Positions 1 to 9,612 of a stretch of 64,000 bases of DNA are shown here, one piece after another. Origin of the DNA: Myxococcota bacterium (GTDB lineage Bacteria > Myxococcota_A > Bradymonadia > UBA7976 > UBA1532); the NCBI GenBank assembly GCA_036337435.1, contig JAYZEG010000001.1, positions 64,001 through 128,000 on the forward strand, read 5' to 3'. Numbering within the stretch: position 1 is the stretch's first letter; every line of letters starts with the position of its first letter. The notes under the pieces were generated by a model. That model worked only from the letters and a program-made list of their open reading frames with translations, did no database searches and was not told the origin of the DNA. Position numbers and translations under genes: made by a program.

Positions 1-2
1 GT

Positions 3-842
3 GACAATTGTCGCTGCGGGGCTGAATGCATGAGCGGGTTGTGTGTTCCCAATCCGTATCGGCAATTCGCCGGTGAATGCAGCCAGCTCTGTGGACAAGG
101 AAATGGCTGTCCGAGTTCGGCGAGTTGTATCCAAGTATCAGTCCCTGGCCCCAGTCAAAACTGCCCGCCAGCAGGACTTCCTTTCGCAGAAGGAGAGATC
201 ATCTCAGTGTGTGCTGTCAATGAAACCGGTATCCCCTGTCAGTCCGGTGAAAACTGCGCCATTGGGGGCGTCTGCTATCCGCCTCCAAATCCCGTCGTCG
301 GACAAGTTGAAGTACAAGCCGCGTGCGCCGCCCCATGTACCCAAAATAATGAATGTCCCGTTGGCTTTAGCTGCCAAAGGATCCCGACTGATGGTGGACA
401 ATTCATCAACATCTGTGCGCCTGACGCGCAAGTATTTCAATGCCCTGATGGAAGCAATCAAAGTTGCGGCGGTGTCTGTCCTATCGGACCGGCTGATGAC
501 GAGGTCGCCATCAGTCACTGCATTGTATTAGCACCGAATCAACCAGGATATTGTTCATGCTCGTGCAGTTCTGCCGCACAATGCCCCGCCGGCTATGCAT
601 GCAGTCGCAATGTGGTCGATACCGAGGATCCAAGACGACCCGGGATTTGCCTGCCCATTAGTGGATATACATGTCCGCTCGGAAACGAGAGTTGTTTGTC
701 GCAGGGCTGCGCTGGGCAGCTCGATGCTGAGCTGATCAGCCGATGCACAGCCCCCTGTCGCAATTTGAATGACTGCCCAACCGGATACAGATGCATCGGG
801 ATCCCAGGTGAGGACGGGACATATTGCGTGGCCGATCCGTAA
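3..842 (+). CDS. Cys-rich repeat extracellular protein, C-terminal part (5'-truncated by window)
   Basis: Frame is open from nt 3 (DNCRCGAECMSG...). Repeated C-x(3-4)-[DEQ]CP-x-G[YF]-x-C modules typical of myxobacterial Cys-rich surface proteins. Confidence 0.8.
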   Translation, partial: DNCRCGAECMSGLCVPNPYRQFAGECSQLCGQGNGCPSSASCIQVSVPGPSQNCPPAGLPFAEGEIISVCAVNETGIPCQSGENCAIGGVCYPPPNPVVGQVEVQAACAAPCTQNNECPVGFSCQRIPTDGGQFINICAPDAQVFQCPDGSNQSCGGVCPIGPADDEVAISHCIVLAPNQPGYCSCSCSSAAQCPAGYACSRNVVDTEDPRRPGICLPISGYTCPLGNESCLSQGCAGQLDAELISRCTAPCRNLNDCPTGYRCIGIPGEDGTYCVADP

Positions 843-846
843 TGAC

Positions 847-866
847 CGGGGTTCGAAACAACCCCG
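847..866 (+). terminator. Hairpin downstream of the Cys-rich gene, possible terminator
   Basis: CGGGGTT-cgaaac-AACCCCG perfect 7-bp stem 4 nt after the stop codon; no clear U-tract. Confidence 0.35.
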
Positions 867-1042
867 ATTGGACGCAAAGCGGCTGTAAGCACCCAGACGT
901 GCTTTATCAAAATGAACCTGTCTCCAAGCTTGATGAATAGCAACTTGCGAAAATAGCGGATGACGGTAAAATCAAAACAAATAGGGAGGTCAACCAGCTG
1001 TCCTGGTTGGACATTGTTGCTAAGATAAAAGGAGATACAATT

Positions 1043-1588
1043 ATGGGTCGAGCCCGCTCCGCGATTGCGGCTCGTACGAGCATTTCGGTTTTGCAAAAAG
1101 CATTACTAGAATCCTTCTCAATGAAAGAGATAGCCCAAGAAAGTCATGATGATTTCTATGACGCTGTCAATTTTTGTCGTGAAAATAGCGAAGACTTTAG
1201 TGGCGAGGATGGACAAGAGGGCTGGCACTTCTGGCAGGTCGGTGAATGGGCTATCGCGGGTGACATTAGTTTGCGTCTGTGTCGGTCCCAAGAGCAATTA
1301 GAAGCCATCAGCGCGGCGGTTGGCGACCTTGTCGCCGCAGGACTGGACAGCAGTTTCCAGTACGCATTCTTCGCCAAGCTTGAGCAAGGTGAGACCAAAA
1401 GATTACTCTTGCTCGAAGATGATGAAATTGTTGAAGAGGGCTTCGCTATCGCAGCCGAGCGTGGCCAATTTATCGATGACTTCGACGAAGAAGAGGCCGA
1501 GAGATTGTGGACCAGTTTCGGCTTACCAACATTTGAACATGACCCCATCGAAGGCCCATTTGTCTGTGTGAGTGCCCAGTCGACTTGA
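1043..1588 (+). CDS. Acidic hypothetical protein
   Basis: GGAG RBS at 1031-1034 and ATG at 1043; 181-aa protein-like ORF; no family recognised. Confidence 0.75.
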   Translation: MGRARSAIAARTSISVLQKALLESFSMKEIAQESHDDFYDAVNFCRENSEDFSGEDGQEGWHFWQVGEWAIAGDISLRLCRSQEQLEAISAAVGDLVAAGLDSSFQYAFFAKLEQGETKRLLLLEDDEIVEEGFAIAAERGQFIDDFDEEEAERLWTSFGLPTFEHDPIEGPFVCVSAQST

Positions 1589-1622
1589 GGCAGCCGACGA
1601 CAGGTGCCTCCATGACGTACGT

Positions 1623-2549
1623 CTATGGACCCACATCAGACGGTCTACGTTTTTTGAAATGGTTTGTCGGACGACCCCATCGGTGTTGTCCATGGACTAC
1701 AACTGGCTTGTTTTGGCCCCTGGCGATTTTGAGGGACCATTTATGGTCAGCCAACCGATGCCTGAATGAACCCTTTTCCGTTTGCTGATACCCGTTATTC
1801 CGGGCAAGAGACTCGACTGATGCGAAGTCAACGTCCTCCGGATAGGCGATGGTAAATCGCTCGATGTCTGTGAAACTCGCTCCGAAGTGAACACCGTGAA
1901 ATCGAGAATACTCAAAGCCGAGCACAGCCTGTGTCTCTAAGGGAGCTGACCAGGCTGGCTTCTGGCCTACGAGGCTCCAAATCAGACCAGGCTTGGTTAC
2001 ATTTATCGCCCTTAAATCCGCGGTGACTTCAGTTGGGGACTCGGCTGGTTCATCGAATTTCATCACGAGTTGCCCGAACCGTTCATGAACGGCACTGAAG
2101 TGCGACTCGCCAGGCTGCACGCGCCAACCGCGCGTATGCAATTGCTGGATGACAGCACTTCTCAAAACCTGACCACGGGCAAGGGTGATCCATCGGATTC
2201 GATCCAAGCGATGGGTTGGCTTTACAACCGTCAACTGCATGTGATGGTGAATTTCAAACCCAACGATCTTATGCTTTATGCGGGATGGGATTAAGGCTGC
2301 GAGTTCAGGATTGAGTTCTTTGACGGGAGAGAGCCTGTTTTGCAGTCCATATTTGCGCTGACGCTCATGGGTTCGTTTGATATCGACAGACGCGGATTTG
2401 AGGAGGGTTTTCATTCGCGAGTCGCTGGCTTGATACTGTTTTCGTTCCTCAACCTTAGGCACCAATTCGGTCTGATTAGATTGGGTTGGTTTTGATGACT
2501 TACTACACCCTGTCAAACTCAAGATAAGTAAGATCAGAAGACACCGCAT
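1623..2549 (-). CDS. Hypothetical lipoprotein
   Basis: MRCLLILLILSLTG-C lipobox signal peptide; long ORF (alternative start 2561). Confidence 0.75.
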   Translation of the reverse strand: MRCLLILLILSLTGCSKSSKPTQSNQTELVPKVEERKQYQASDSRMKTLLKSASVDIKRTHERQRKYGLQNRLSPVKELNPELAALIPSRIKHKIVGFEIHHHMQLTVVKPTHRLDRIRWITLARGQVLRSAVIQQLHTRGWRVQPGESHFSAVHERFGQLVMKFDEPAESPTEVTADLRAINVTKPGLIWSLVGQKPAWSAPLETQAVLGFEYSRFHGVHFGASFTDIERFTIAYPEDVDFASVESLARNNGYQQTEKGSFRHRLADHKWSLKIARGQNKPVVVHGQHRWGRPTNHFKKRRPSDVGP

Positions 2550-2655
2550 GACTGACCCCATCGTTGGACTTGTGGTCTCAATATCATGCTTGAGTAACTT
2601 CGCCTATGGTCAATCAATGGGAGCAAGGCTTGAGCATCCTTGTTGGGGGTGGTAG

Positions 2656-4476
2656 ATGGGTAGAGACGCCCTTTCGCGAGCAGATGACGTGACAAAGAAA
2701 ATTCTCATAGCTGAAGATGACTTAACCATTTCTGGCGCATTGGAAGCACGGCTAAAGCGACAAGACTACGCACTCCTCTTTGTGCGCAAGGGAGATGAGC
2801 TGGTCGAGACCTTTCAGGCCGAAAAGCCCGATCTTGTCGTCATCAGCCTAACCATCGACGGAGGGACAGGGATAGACGCATGCCGAATCCTGCGGTCCAT
2901 GCCCCTCGGCGCTTTAATTCCTGTACTCTTACTGGGGACAGGAAATGAGTCCATCGCATCTGCACAGCAAGCGATCGCCATGGGTGCGGATCATTTTTTT
3001 CGCAAGCCTGAGCAGCTGACAGACTTGGTGAGTAAGGTGGAAAATTACCTGGGGCGAGGTCAGAACCAAGACCTTGACCTTCATGCGCACGACCCGATCA
3101 CAATACCTCCGCAGGCAACTCAGAGTCCCAATGAGTGGAGTGATTTAGATGATCTACTGAGGCCGGATCCCGAAATTGAGACCTCTTTCGAGACAGACTT
3201 TGCAAACACGAACAACGCACCGTCTCTCTTGGACTTAATGGTTAATTCTCAAGCCGAGACAGACCATGATAAGGCCCAATCAAATGCAGTAGATTCGGTA
3301 GAGAGTGAAACGGAGCCGATTACATCAACGGCAACATCGGCAGGCGACGTTAAACCAGCGTCTTTGGAGCTAAACAGAGCCTTCTCAGCGCCGCGAACAA
3401 TCGCTCAGCCGACCCAGAGTGACATCATTTTTGGACAACCGATCATGCTCGCTGAACGCGGGCTGGAACAGATTCTTTGGCCAATTTCAAAAATGGGGAT
3501 TAATGGTCGAATCGAAATCGCAAGTGGCGGGGTCTTGCGCCGTATTTTCTTCGATCGAGGACGGCCGATTTACGTCGATAGCAGTTCTGAATCTGAAGAC
3601 CTCGCCGCACACTTGTGCAGCGAAGGGGTGATTCCTGCCACAGCCCTCGCGCAAGCCCGACAGTATGCCCATTCGATGGGGGTCAGTGTTGACGAAGTGT
3701 TGATCGAGTCAAATCTTGTGACGGCTGGCGAAATTTACGATCGACTCAAAACCCACATCACGACAAGTCTCTTCGGCCTATTCGCCATCGAGGACGGAGA
3801 AGCCGTCGTGATCAAAGATGGACCAAAGCCACTGGATCCCATCGATTTAGGCCTTTCGATGGGCCGCTTAATTATCGATGGTATCAATCGAAAATTTGGT
3901 CGGCTTAGACTCTACCAAGTCTTTGGGACTGGTCGTTTAGTCCCAACTCGCAAAGGGGGTGCTGCAGCCGGTCAGAACAACCTTTTGACTTCAAATGAAA
4001 TGAAAATACTCGATGGTTGTGACGGCCGCCGGTCGGTTGTAGAAATTGCCAGCAGCATGAACCTCAACGACACTGATGTGCTTGCGGTTTTGTACGCATT
4101 ATCTGTCATCGGGTTCGTCGATGCGCCCGCCATCGGGTCCGGGCAGCAGTTGGCTGTCAATGAGTCCCTTCAACAGCGCGCTCTAGCCCCAAGGACAGCA
4201 GACCAGATGCCTGGCTATTCTGATTTGGTCGCATCCATGTACCAAACCATTTTGTCTACGGATTATTTCAACGTACTCGGGGTCAACCGCGGGGCCACTC
4301 AAGCAGAGCTTCGCGTCGCTTATGAGGGATTAACGCAACGCTTCAACCCCCATAGAGTGGGCCGAGATAGTCCACTTTGGTTTCAGGTCAAAGAAATTGC
4401 GACCGTTCTGGATGAAGCATATCGATTGCTCTCAAACCAGCGACTCCGGGCGCGCTATCAATCGGCGATTTCGTAA
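2656..4476 (+). CDS. Atypical receiver + acidic linker + DUF4388-like + DnaJ-like domain protein
   Basis: N-terminal REC fold (ILIAEDD...GADHFFRKP); central GRIEI...RRIFFDRGRP DUF4388-like region; C-terminal DYFNVLGV...ELRVAY...EAYRLLSNQRLRARY J-like domain. Start may be GTG 2689. Confidence 0.8.
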   Translation: MGRDALSRADDVTKKILIAEDDLTISGALEARLKRQDYALLFVRKGDELVETFQAEKPDLVVISLTIDGGTGIDACRILRSMPLGALIPVLLLGTGNESIASAQQAIAMGADHFFRKPEQLTDLVSKVENYLGRGQNQDLDLHAHDPITIPPQATQSPNEWSDLDDLLRPDPEIETSFETDFANTNNAPSLLDLMVNSQAETDHDKAQSNAVDSVESETEPITSTATSAGDVKPASLELNRAFSAPRTIAQPTQSDIIFGQPIMLAERGLEQILWPISKMGINGRIEIASGGVLRRIFFDRGRPIYVDSSSESEDLAAHLCSEGVIPATALAQARQYAHSMGVSVDEVLIESNLVTAGEIYDRLKTHITTSLFGLFAIEDGEAVVIKDGPKPLDPIDLGLSMGRLIIDGINRKFGRLRLYQVFGTGRLVPTRKGGAAAGQNNLLTSNEMKILDGCDGRRSVVEIASSMNLNDTDVLAVLYALSVIGFVDAPAIGSGQQLAVNESLQQRALAPRTADQMPGYSDLVASMYQTILSTDYFNVLGVNRGATQAELRVAYEGLTQRFNPHRVGRDSPLWFQVKEIATVLDEAYRLLSNQRLRARYQSAIS

Positions 4477-4492
4477 AAAGAAGGCGGTCCAA

Positions 4493-5005
4493 ATGGCCCT
4501 TTTAAAAGTATTAACCTGGCCCGACGAGATGCTGCGCACAGTCGCTAAACCGGTCGACCAGTTCGGTTCAGAGCTCGGTCAACTCATCGACGATATGTTT
4601 GAGACCATGTACGCAGAGAAAGGCGTTGGATTGGCGGCAACGCAGGTGGGTATTGACCGTCGCCTCTTGGTTGTCGATTGCGGTCATGAAGAACGCGAAC
4701 CATATGCGCTGATCAACCCAGAACTCGAATCCTGTGACGGGGAGCTGGTTTGGCCAGAAGGGTGCCTGTCAATCCCTGGAGTGCGTGCTGATGTCACCAG
4801 ACATGCTCAGGTCGTCGTTCGGTATCAAGATGGCAGCGGATGTGACAAAAAACTCAGTGCCCAGGGATTACTGGCCGTTTGCCTCCAGCATGAGATAGAC
4901 CACCTCGATGGCAAAATGTACTTTGATCGGCTGGGCTTGTTGGAACGCCAGTCGGTGTTGAATGCCTATCGTGACTATCTCGAAAACAAGGACGACCAGG
5001 TTTAA
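4493..5005 (+). CDS. def: Peptide deformylase
   Basis: GVGLAATQVG, EGCLS and QHEIDHLDG motifs; directly upstream of fmt. Confidence 0.97.
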   Translation: MALLKVLTWPDEMLRTVAKPVDQFGSELGQLIDDMFETMYAEKGVGLAATQVGIDRRLLVVDCGHEEREPYALINPELESCDGELVWPEGCLSIPGVRADVTRHAQVVVRYQDGSGCDKKLSAQGLLAVCLQHEIDHLDGKMYFDRLGLLERQSVLNAYRDYLENKDDQV

Positions 5006-5007
5006 CA

Positions 5008-5949
5008 ATGACGCCGTTGAATATCTTATTTATGGGTACACCCGATTTTGCAGTCCCCTGCCTCGAGGCCTTAATGAATTCCCATCACAACGTCGTCGCG
5101 GTGGTCAGCCAGCCGGATAGGAAAGTCGGCCGGGGACGCAAACTAGCCAAGCCACCTGTGGCCGCTTTGGCCGTTGAATCAAATTGTCCACTGTTTCAAT
5201 GGGAGCGACTCAACAACGAGAGTTATAATACACTCTGTGAGTTTCCCATCGATTTGGCTGTCGTGGTCGCCTATGGGAAAATTCTACCGCAACGCTATCT
5301 GGATTTACCAAAACATGGCTGCTTGAATGTCCATTCGAGCCTGCTGCCGAAATGGCGAGGCGCAGCACCGATTCAGTGGGCTGTAATCAACGGTGACAAC
5401 CGATCAGGCGTGACCATCATGAAGCTGGATGCAGGGATGGATACGGGTGATATCGCGTCCCAGCGAGAGGTCGAAATCGGACCTGATATGACAGCCGGAA
5501 TGCTCCATGATCAGCTTGCTATCGTAGGCGCAGAGCTCCTCCTCGACGTCGTCGACTCCATCAGTGAAGGTCGAGCTCTATTTCAAACTCAAGACCATAG
5601 CAAAGCGAGCCATGCCAGACGCTTAGAAAAGAGCGATGGGCTCATTGATTGGGACCAAGACCATGCCCTCGTCCACAACCATATTCGTGGAATGAACCCA
5701 TGGCCTGGAGCCTACATCCCCAGTGAATTTGGGCCCATCAAAATCCATCGATCGACCCTGTGCCAAAACACCGGTGTACCGGGAACCATCATTGAGATTC
5801 GACCGGAGGGTCCAGTGCTCGCCTGTCGATCAGGCTCTGTGTGCCTCACTCAGATTCAAAGACCCGGTAAAAAAGCAGTGTCTGGTGGAGAATTCGTCCG
5901 CGCCTACAATCTGGCTATCGGCAAAACCATTCAGCAGGCATTATCATGA
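5008..5949 (+). CDS. fmt: Methionyl-tRNA formyltransferase
   Basis: FMGTPDFA, VAYGKIL, NVHSSLLPKWRGAAPIQWA, DAGMDTG motifs. Confidence 0.97.
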   Translation: MTPLNILFMGTPDFAVPCLEALMNSHHNVVAVVSQPDRKVGRGRKLAKPPVAALAVESNCPLFQWERLNNESYNTLCEFPIDLAVVVAYGKILPQRYLDLPKHGCLNVHSSLLPKWRGAAPIQWAVINGDNRSGVTIMKLDAGMDTGDIASQREVEIGPDMTAGMLHDQLAIVGAELLLDVVDSISEGRALFQTQDHSKASHARRLEKSDGLIDWDQDHALVHNHIRGMNPWPGAYIPSEFGPIKIHRSTLCQNTGVPGTIIEIRPEGPVLACRSGSVCLTQIQRPGKKAVSGGEFVRAYNLAIGKTIQQALS

Positions 5950-7268
5950 AAAGACGGCGGCCTGCTGATGCACGCTCAGTCGCCTTAGTCGTACTCCGGT
6001 CCCTCGAAGACGAATCGACCTTTTTGCAACTTAAGCTCGATAAGGTCGTCAAACAAGCGGGTCTAGACAGCAGAGACCGCCGGTTGGCGTGGACCCTCGT
6101 TCTGGGGACAGCCCGGTGGCGCAGCCACCTAGATGCCCAAATCGACCCCTATTTGAGAAAACGTCGACTGGACCAGCTCGAGCCGGACGTCTTGATGATT
6201 TTAAGACTGGCCACATTCCAGCTTAAATTCATGGATCGCATTCCTGAACACGCCATTGTCAATTCATCGGTTGTACTCACCAAGACATTCGTAGGTCCGA
6301 GAGCCACTGGATTTGTCAATGGACTGCTTCGCACGATGATCCGACGTCCAAAAAACATCAGCTTCTCCAACGCGGCTGATGGAATTGCGCGTCGTTATGG
6401 ACATCCTGCTTGGCTCGTAGAACGGTACCTAGACTGGATGCCAACCGATAAGACCATCGAGAGATGTCAGCTCAACAACGAACCCGCTCCACTGACGATT
6501 CGAATTTGCCATGACGCGGTCGATGAGGTGATAAACGCTTTGATGGACGAGGGCGCGACAGTCAACAAGTGCAAAGTTGCGCCCGTCGGATTTCATATTG
6601 CAGACCATCCCGATCCCTTTGGCAGTGCCAGTTTCAAGGCAAATCACTGGACCGTCCAAGACGAGGCCTCTCAATTGGTCGTTGATTTGCTGGATGTCCG
6701 TCCTCGGCAAAAGGTTTGGGACGCCTGCGCCGCACCGGGTGGTAAAGCCGCCTACATCCGCGACAAGCTGGCTGGTACAGGACACTTGCTCGCAACCGAT
6801 ATTAACGCGGATAAGGTCATGACCCTTGGCCAAACTTTAGACGGCCCAGGGGTTACAGTGAAACAACACGATGCGACCAGCCCACTTCCTCAGACCTTCG
6901 ATCGTGTTTTGGTCGACGCACCCTGCACGGCACTTGGACTCATTAGACGTCACCCAGAAATCCGATGGCGCCGGCAGGCCTCCCACGTCATCGAACGGGC
7001 GCATCAGCAAAGCCGATTGCTCGATAATGTGTCAGACCATGTCTCCAAGGGTGGGATTCTGGTCTACAGCGTGTGCAGCGACATTCCCGACGAAGGTCAG
7101 GCGATCATCGAGGCGTTCCTCGCCAAGCATCATGAGTTTGAACGTGTGCCCCCAGCCGCTGGCACCGCAACCGACGTCTTGACAGATGACGGTCTGATCC
7201 GGTTCGATCCGAATGACTTAAATTGCGACGGTTTCTTCGCTGCTCGATTGCGTAGACGTGCCGACTGA
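5946..7268 (+). CDS. rsmB: 16S rRNA m5C967 methyltransferase RsmB/Sun
   Basis: NusB-like N-terminus; VQDEASQ, DACAAPGGK, DAPC and LVYSVCS motifs; def-fmt-rsmB synteny. Confidence 0.93.
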   Translation: MKRRRPADARSVALVVLRSLEDESTFLQLKLDKVVKQAGLDSRDRRLAWTLVLGTARWRSHLDAQIDPYLRKRRLDQLEPDVLMILRLATFQLKFMDRIPEHAIVNSSVVLTKTFVGPRATGFVNGLLRTMIRRPKNISFSNAADGIARRYGHPAWLVERYLDWMPTDKTIERCQLNNEPAPLTIRICHDAVDEVINALMDEGATVNKCKVAPVGFHIADHPDPFGSASFKANHWTVQDEASQLVVDLLDVRPRQKVWDACAAPGGKAAYIRDKLAGTGHLLATDINADKVMTLGQTLDGPGVTVKQHDATSPLPQTFDRVLVDAPCTALGLIRRHPEIRWRRQASHVIERAHQQSRLLDNVSDHVSKGGILVYSVCSDIPDEGQAIIEAFLAKHHEFERVPPAAGTATDVLTDDGLIRFDPNDLNCDGFFAARLRRRAD

Positions 7269-7307
7269 TGTACGTGTGTCTCGAACTTCATCAGGGAGAC
7301 GTTCATT

Positions 7308-7994
7308 TTGACTCATCCAATTATCGCACCGTCCATTCTCGCTGCTGATTTCGGCCACTTGTATCGCCAAGTCCAAGACGTCGTCGACGCAGGGGCCGAT
7401 TGGGTTCATTTGGACGTAATGGATGCTCATTTTGTGCCCAATCTAACCTTTGGGCCAGCCATTATAAAGGCCATCAGAGGGGCGACCGATCGCATGTTCG
7501 ATACCCATTTGATGATCGAAAACCCCGATCGTTGGGTTGAATCATATCGCCAGGCTGGTTCTGACTCCATCACTATTCACGCTGAAGCGACCCAGCATCT
7601 CCATCGCTCGGTTCAAGTGGTTCGCGATACAGGTGCTCGGGTCGGTGTGAGTCTAAACCCGCATACGCCACTCAATGTTCTGGAATACGTCCTAGATGAG
7701 CTGGACTTGGTTTTACTGATGACGGTCAATCCTGGTTTTGGCGGCCAGAGTTTTATTGAATCGGTGGTGCCAAAGATTGCAGCTCTCAAGGCGATGATCG
7801 ATGCCCGAGGATTATCTGTTGATATCCAAGTGGACGGTGGCATTAAGCCGTCCACAATCGGTGCGGCAGCCGGTGCAGGTGCCAATGTATTTGTTGCTGG
7901 TTCTGCAATTTTTGGGACTTCAAATTATGCCGAGGCCATAACAAAGCTGAGAGCAGGCGCACAAACAGCACCCTCGGTGTCAACGGCGGTTTAA
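7308..7994 (+). CDS. rpe: Ribulose-phosphate 3-epimerase
   Basis: IAPSILAADF, HLDVMD, DTHLM, MTVNPGFGGQSF, VDGG motifs. Confidence 0.97.
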   Translation: MTHPIIAPSILAADFGHLYRQVQDVVDAGADWVHLDVMDAHFVPNLTFGPAIIKAIRGATDRMFDTHLMIENPDRWVESYRQAGSDSITIHAEATQHLHRSVQVVRDTGARVGVSLNPHTPLNVLEYVLDELDLVLLMTVNPGFGGQSFIESVVPKIAALKAMIDARGLSVDIQVDGGIKPSTIGAAAGAGANVFVAGSAIFGTSNYAEAITKLRAGAQTAPSVSTAV

Positions 7995-8007
7995 TGTTTA
8001 ATTTGAG

Positions 8008-9468
8008 TCAACGATATTCGACGACAGAGAGCGTCAACTGCCCCATCAGCTGAACCAAACTTGCCTGTCGGCTGAGGCCACCCCGCACAAATGCAATGTG
8101 TCCGACATCGACGGGCATCTGGCCCCAAGTTGGATCGACACTCAACCAGCCCTCTTTCGTCAACACCTCCGCCCAAGCATGATAACCGAATCGACCGTTA
8201 AGAAAGGCGATGCCGGTGACAAATCTGGTGGGAATACCGATGGAACGCGCCATCGCCACAAACAAGGTTGTATGCTCATTGCAATCACCGCGGCGCGTCT
8301 TCAGTGTTTCCAGGGCACTGGGCACGCCAATCACAGGCGCATCCTCCACCTGATTCGACACCCATTCCATCAGAGCTTTGGCTGCACCTATACTGTCTGT
8401 CGAAGGTCCAACCGCATCGGTCGCCTGTTCACGAATCTCATCTGAATCGCTCTGTATCAATAAGGTCGATTCGAGGTCAGCAGCCCGTTCGGGTCGGGCT
8501 GGTAATTGAAGTCCAGTACTCGACTGTTCTTTGGTCACCTTGAGCAATCCGTCATCAAAAACTTGACGTCTGTCATCCAGGTTAAATCCAGCCAGTTCGG
8601 TCCCTCCAAGACGCAAAGTGAGCGTGTTGAGTTCATCTGCTTTCTTGGGCATACCGGGCGCATTGATCATGGTTTGCTCGATAAAACTGACGTCATCAAT
8701 CGGGGCTGTGGCTTGTAGTTTTGTTTCACGTACGGCCACCATGCCAAATCCTAATTCCTGCCTGAGCATCTCACCGCGCTGGTTGATCCACGCATGAAGG
8801 GTCATGCCGTTGAGAGATTGTCGAATTCGAGTTGCTTTAACCAGTCGATCGACAACCACAACGTCTTCATACCCCTCCACCGTGATGGTCACCCGTTGAT
8901 TACGCTGAGTGATTGGGTCAAAGATGGACATGGTATGGACAGCACCTGGGGTTAAGGCCAGTTTGGCAAGCCGCGGCCCAAGGGTTTCTCTTAACACCGG
9001 GGTACTTTTCAGTTTGAGACTGTCTTGCCGCGTCACCCCCGCCGTTGTGATCGCCAACTTGAGTTGCTGACCCACGACAACCCCACGCCCGGTAATGGAA
9101 GCGGGTCCGGCATCGAGCTCAAACTGAAAACGGGTCAAGGTCATCGACTCGTCGAGAGACGCTGACAACTTAATCTCTATGGACAGCTTTTTATTGAGCA
9201 GTCCCAGTTGTTGAATTTTGCCGACAACTCGATAGTCAACCCCCGGTTTCGCGGCGGTCTTATGAATGTGAAAGTAACCGACACGCTTCTCTTGGAAATA
9301 CAGGCCCATCCATTCGTGGCCTAGGCGCACCTCAGTGCCTTGATCGAGAATATCCTGTTTTAGGTTGCTCGTATCTGACGGCGTTTGAATCGATGACCAG
9401 TAGAGGACACCGGCAAAAACAGCCAGGCCAACCAAGCCGAACAGATCCCATCGGGTGGTGTTTTGCAT
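8008..9468 (-). CDS. Membrane-anchored transglutaminase-like (Cys-His-Asp) protein
   Basis: N-terminal TM segment; GDCNEH...ARSIGIPTR...YHAWAEV...WLSVDPTW core. Confidence 0.88.
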   Translation of the reverse strand: MQNTTRWDLFGLVGLAVFAGVLYWSSIQTPSDTSNLKQDILDQGTEVRLGHEWMGLYFQEKRVGYFHIHKTAAKPGVDYRVVGKIQQLGLLNKKLSIEIKLSASLDESMTLTRFQFELDAGPASITGRGVVVGQQLKLAITTAGVTRQDSLKLKSTPVLRETLGPRLAKLALTPGAVHTMSIFDPITQRNQRVTITVEGYEDVVVVDRLVKATRIRQSLNGMTLHAWINQRGEMLRQELGFGMVAVRETKLQATAPIDDVSFIEQTMINAPGMPKKADELNTLTLRLGGTELAGFNLDDRRQVFDDGLLKVTKEQSSTGLQLPARPERAADLESTLLIQSDSDEIREQATDAVGPSTDSIGAAKALMEWVSNQVEDAPVIGVPSALETLKTRRGDCNEHTTLFVAMARSIGIPTRFVTGIAFLNGRFGYHAWAEVLTKEGWLSVDPTWGQMPVDVGHIAFVRGGLSRQASLVQLMGQLTLSVVEYR

Positions 9469-9612
9469 AGCCGCATTATAGACAAATTCGACTTTAAAGC
9501 TTGTCAATCTATCGAAAAGCGCAAGAAACCCCCGAAAACTCCAGCACTGAACGCTTGAATAGTGTAAGTAAGAGTGCTACCTGTAAGCCCATAATCTGGG
9601 GAAATAGAACCA

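Noticed and set aside
847..866. GGTTCGAA resembling a tRNA T-loop
   Set aside because: No cloverleaf, D-arm or acceptor stem; it is a simple hairpin.
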